Shown in pieces: positions 62,413-64,000 of a stretch of DNA of 64,000 nt. The notes beneath the pieces are model-generated. The model was not told where the DNA came from. It made no database searches and saw only the letters and a program-made list of their open reading frames with translations. The translations under genes were made by a program, and so were the position numbers. Positions within the stretch are counted from its first letter, which is position 1. Every line of letters starts with the position of its first letter. The DNA comes from Nemertoderma westbladi (taxonomy: Eukaryota > Animalia > Xenacoelomorpha): the NCBI GenBank assembly GCA_032718475.1, contig JAUCBJ010005651.1, forward strand, positions 1 to 64,000, written 5' to 3'.

Positions 62413-63028
62413 CAGAATGTTGACTCTTCCTTTGGGAACTTGTAACAGAATATTCACTTTATTTCCCCTTTTGGGAACTTAGTAACATAATATTGACTTT
62501 ATGTCCCCTTTTGGGAACTTAGTAACAGAATATTCACTTTATTTCCCCTTTTGGGAACTTAGTAACAGAATACTTCACTTTATGTCCCTTTTGCAAACTT
62601 AGTAACAGAATATTGACTTTATTTCCCCTTTTTGGGAACTTAGTAACAGAATATTGACTTTATTTCCCCTTTTGGAAACTTAGTAACATAATAGTGACTT
62701 TATTTCCCCTTTTGGGAACTTAGTAACAGAATATTCACTTTATTTCCCCTTTTGGGAACTTAGTAACAGAAGAATATTCACTTTATTTCCCCTTTTGGGA
62801 ACTTAGTAACATAATATTGACTTTATTTCCCCTTTTGGGAACTTAGTAACAGAATATTCACTTTATTTCCCCTTTTGGGAACTTAGTAACAGAATAGTGA
62901 CTTCATTTCCCCTTTTGGGAACTTAGTAACATAATATTGACTTTATTTCCCCTTTTGGGAACTTAATAACAGAATAGTGACTTTATTTCCCCTTTTGGGA
63001 ACTTAGTAGCAGAATTGTAACTTTATTT
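62413..63028. repeat. 40-bp minisatellite, ~15 copies
   Basis: TTGGGAACTTAGTAACAGAATATTCACTTTATTTCCCCTT at 62471, 62511, 62551 and onward. Confidence 0.97.
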
Positions 63029-64000
63029 AGTAAAAGCCCGACTCCGTATTATGAAGTTATACATTTAGTTATTATTTACACAATAAAATGTTATTCTCAC
63101 TACCGAAATGCAGAAGCAAAACAGAATTGCAAAACAAGCTTTCTGTTTTCAAAGTTGAATATTTATCAGAGTCACAGATACACCCATTAAAATGTTGTTT
63201 TTGTGATTCTGTGAAGAAGGACTGCACCCAAAATGTATTATTCTGTTAAATCTGGTCAGGTTATATATACATACTGTATATATCTAAATGGGTGTAATTT
63301 ACACACCCATTAATTAATATGATATTTTTTTGTTATTTTTTAGGCAAAGAATATGTGTTATTTTAATGGGCATTATTGTGAAGTGAAAAGTTGGTACTCT
63401 CAATTCATTTGAACTACTGCCATAGATCTCCTTCCTCGTAAGACAAAGACCATTTATTACGAATCGAATATAACGGCTTTCACAGAGAACCACAACAGTA
63501 TAAATAACCGCCACATTATGTTGTTACCCTTTAATAACCTAACAGATAATAAAATAAGTTAGATTCTAAATGTCATATGAGAACTTAATGTTAAATATTG
63601 TTTAGTACGGCGTAACATATACTTGAATACTGCGTCTTTCCTTAATTGGTAATAACGTGGGGAATATGTGACACCAACAGAAACAGTGACAAAAAGGAGG
63701 GGTTAATTTGTGACAAATCGAAAAAAACATCGACAACAGTCAACTACAGTCAAAAATAACCATAATATATACCAGTCCTAAAAATGTTATGTCTCAAGCT
63801 AACTGTCAGTTAAGCAACAAATAATAAAATAATTTAATTGGAGTTAGATGATATCATATACAGCTGTGAGTGGTCTGCGGTTTCACTTGGCACAATTAAT
63901 TTTATGACTGCGATATATTATTGTTATTCACATTTCCTGTGGCCATTTTTTTTACTGTGGCTGTTTTATTTTTAATTCGAGACTGAGTTTGTCCCGGGTG

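Overview
AT-rich, repeat-dense window of an animal (invertebrate-like) nuclear genome, not a prokaryote. Host genes: four single-exon ORFs (TRIM-like RING/B-box protein, iRhom/RHBDF, TSG101, BRAT1-like) and a 4-exon F-box/LRR gene (FBXL8-like) that lies head-to-head with BRAT1-like. Mobile DNA: a defective BEL/Pao LTR retrotransposon, a decayed CR1-group LINE, two RTE-like LINEs with (TAG)n tails, a Penelope-like RT relic, an IS3EU-like transposase relic and many MITE/foldback elements. There are also several minisatellites. Two observations stand out. (1) One conserved ~60-80 bp asymmetric core recurs at nine loci and, in at least six, sits between inverted-repeat arms from five apparently unrelated families. 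(2) A ~7 kb two-module minisatellite with an inserted LINE starts immediately after the F-box stop codon and appears to form its 3' UTR. All calls come from manual reading and motif recall; no searches were run.
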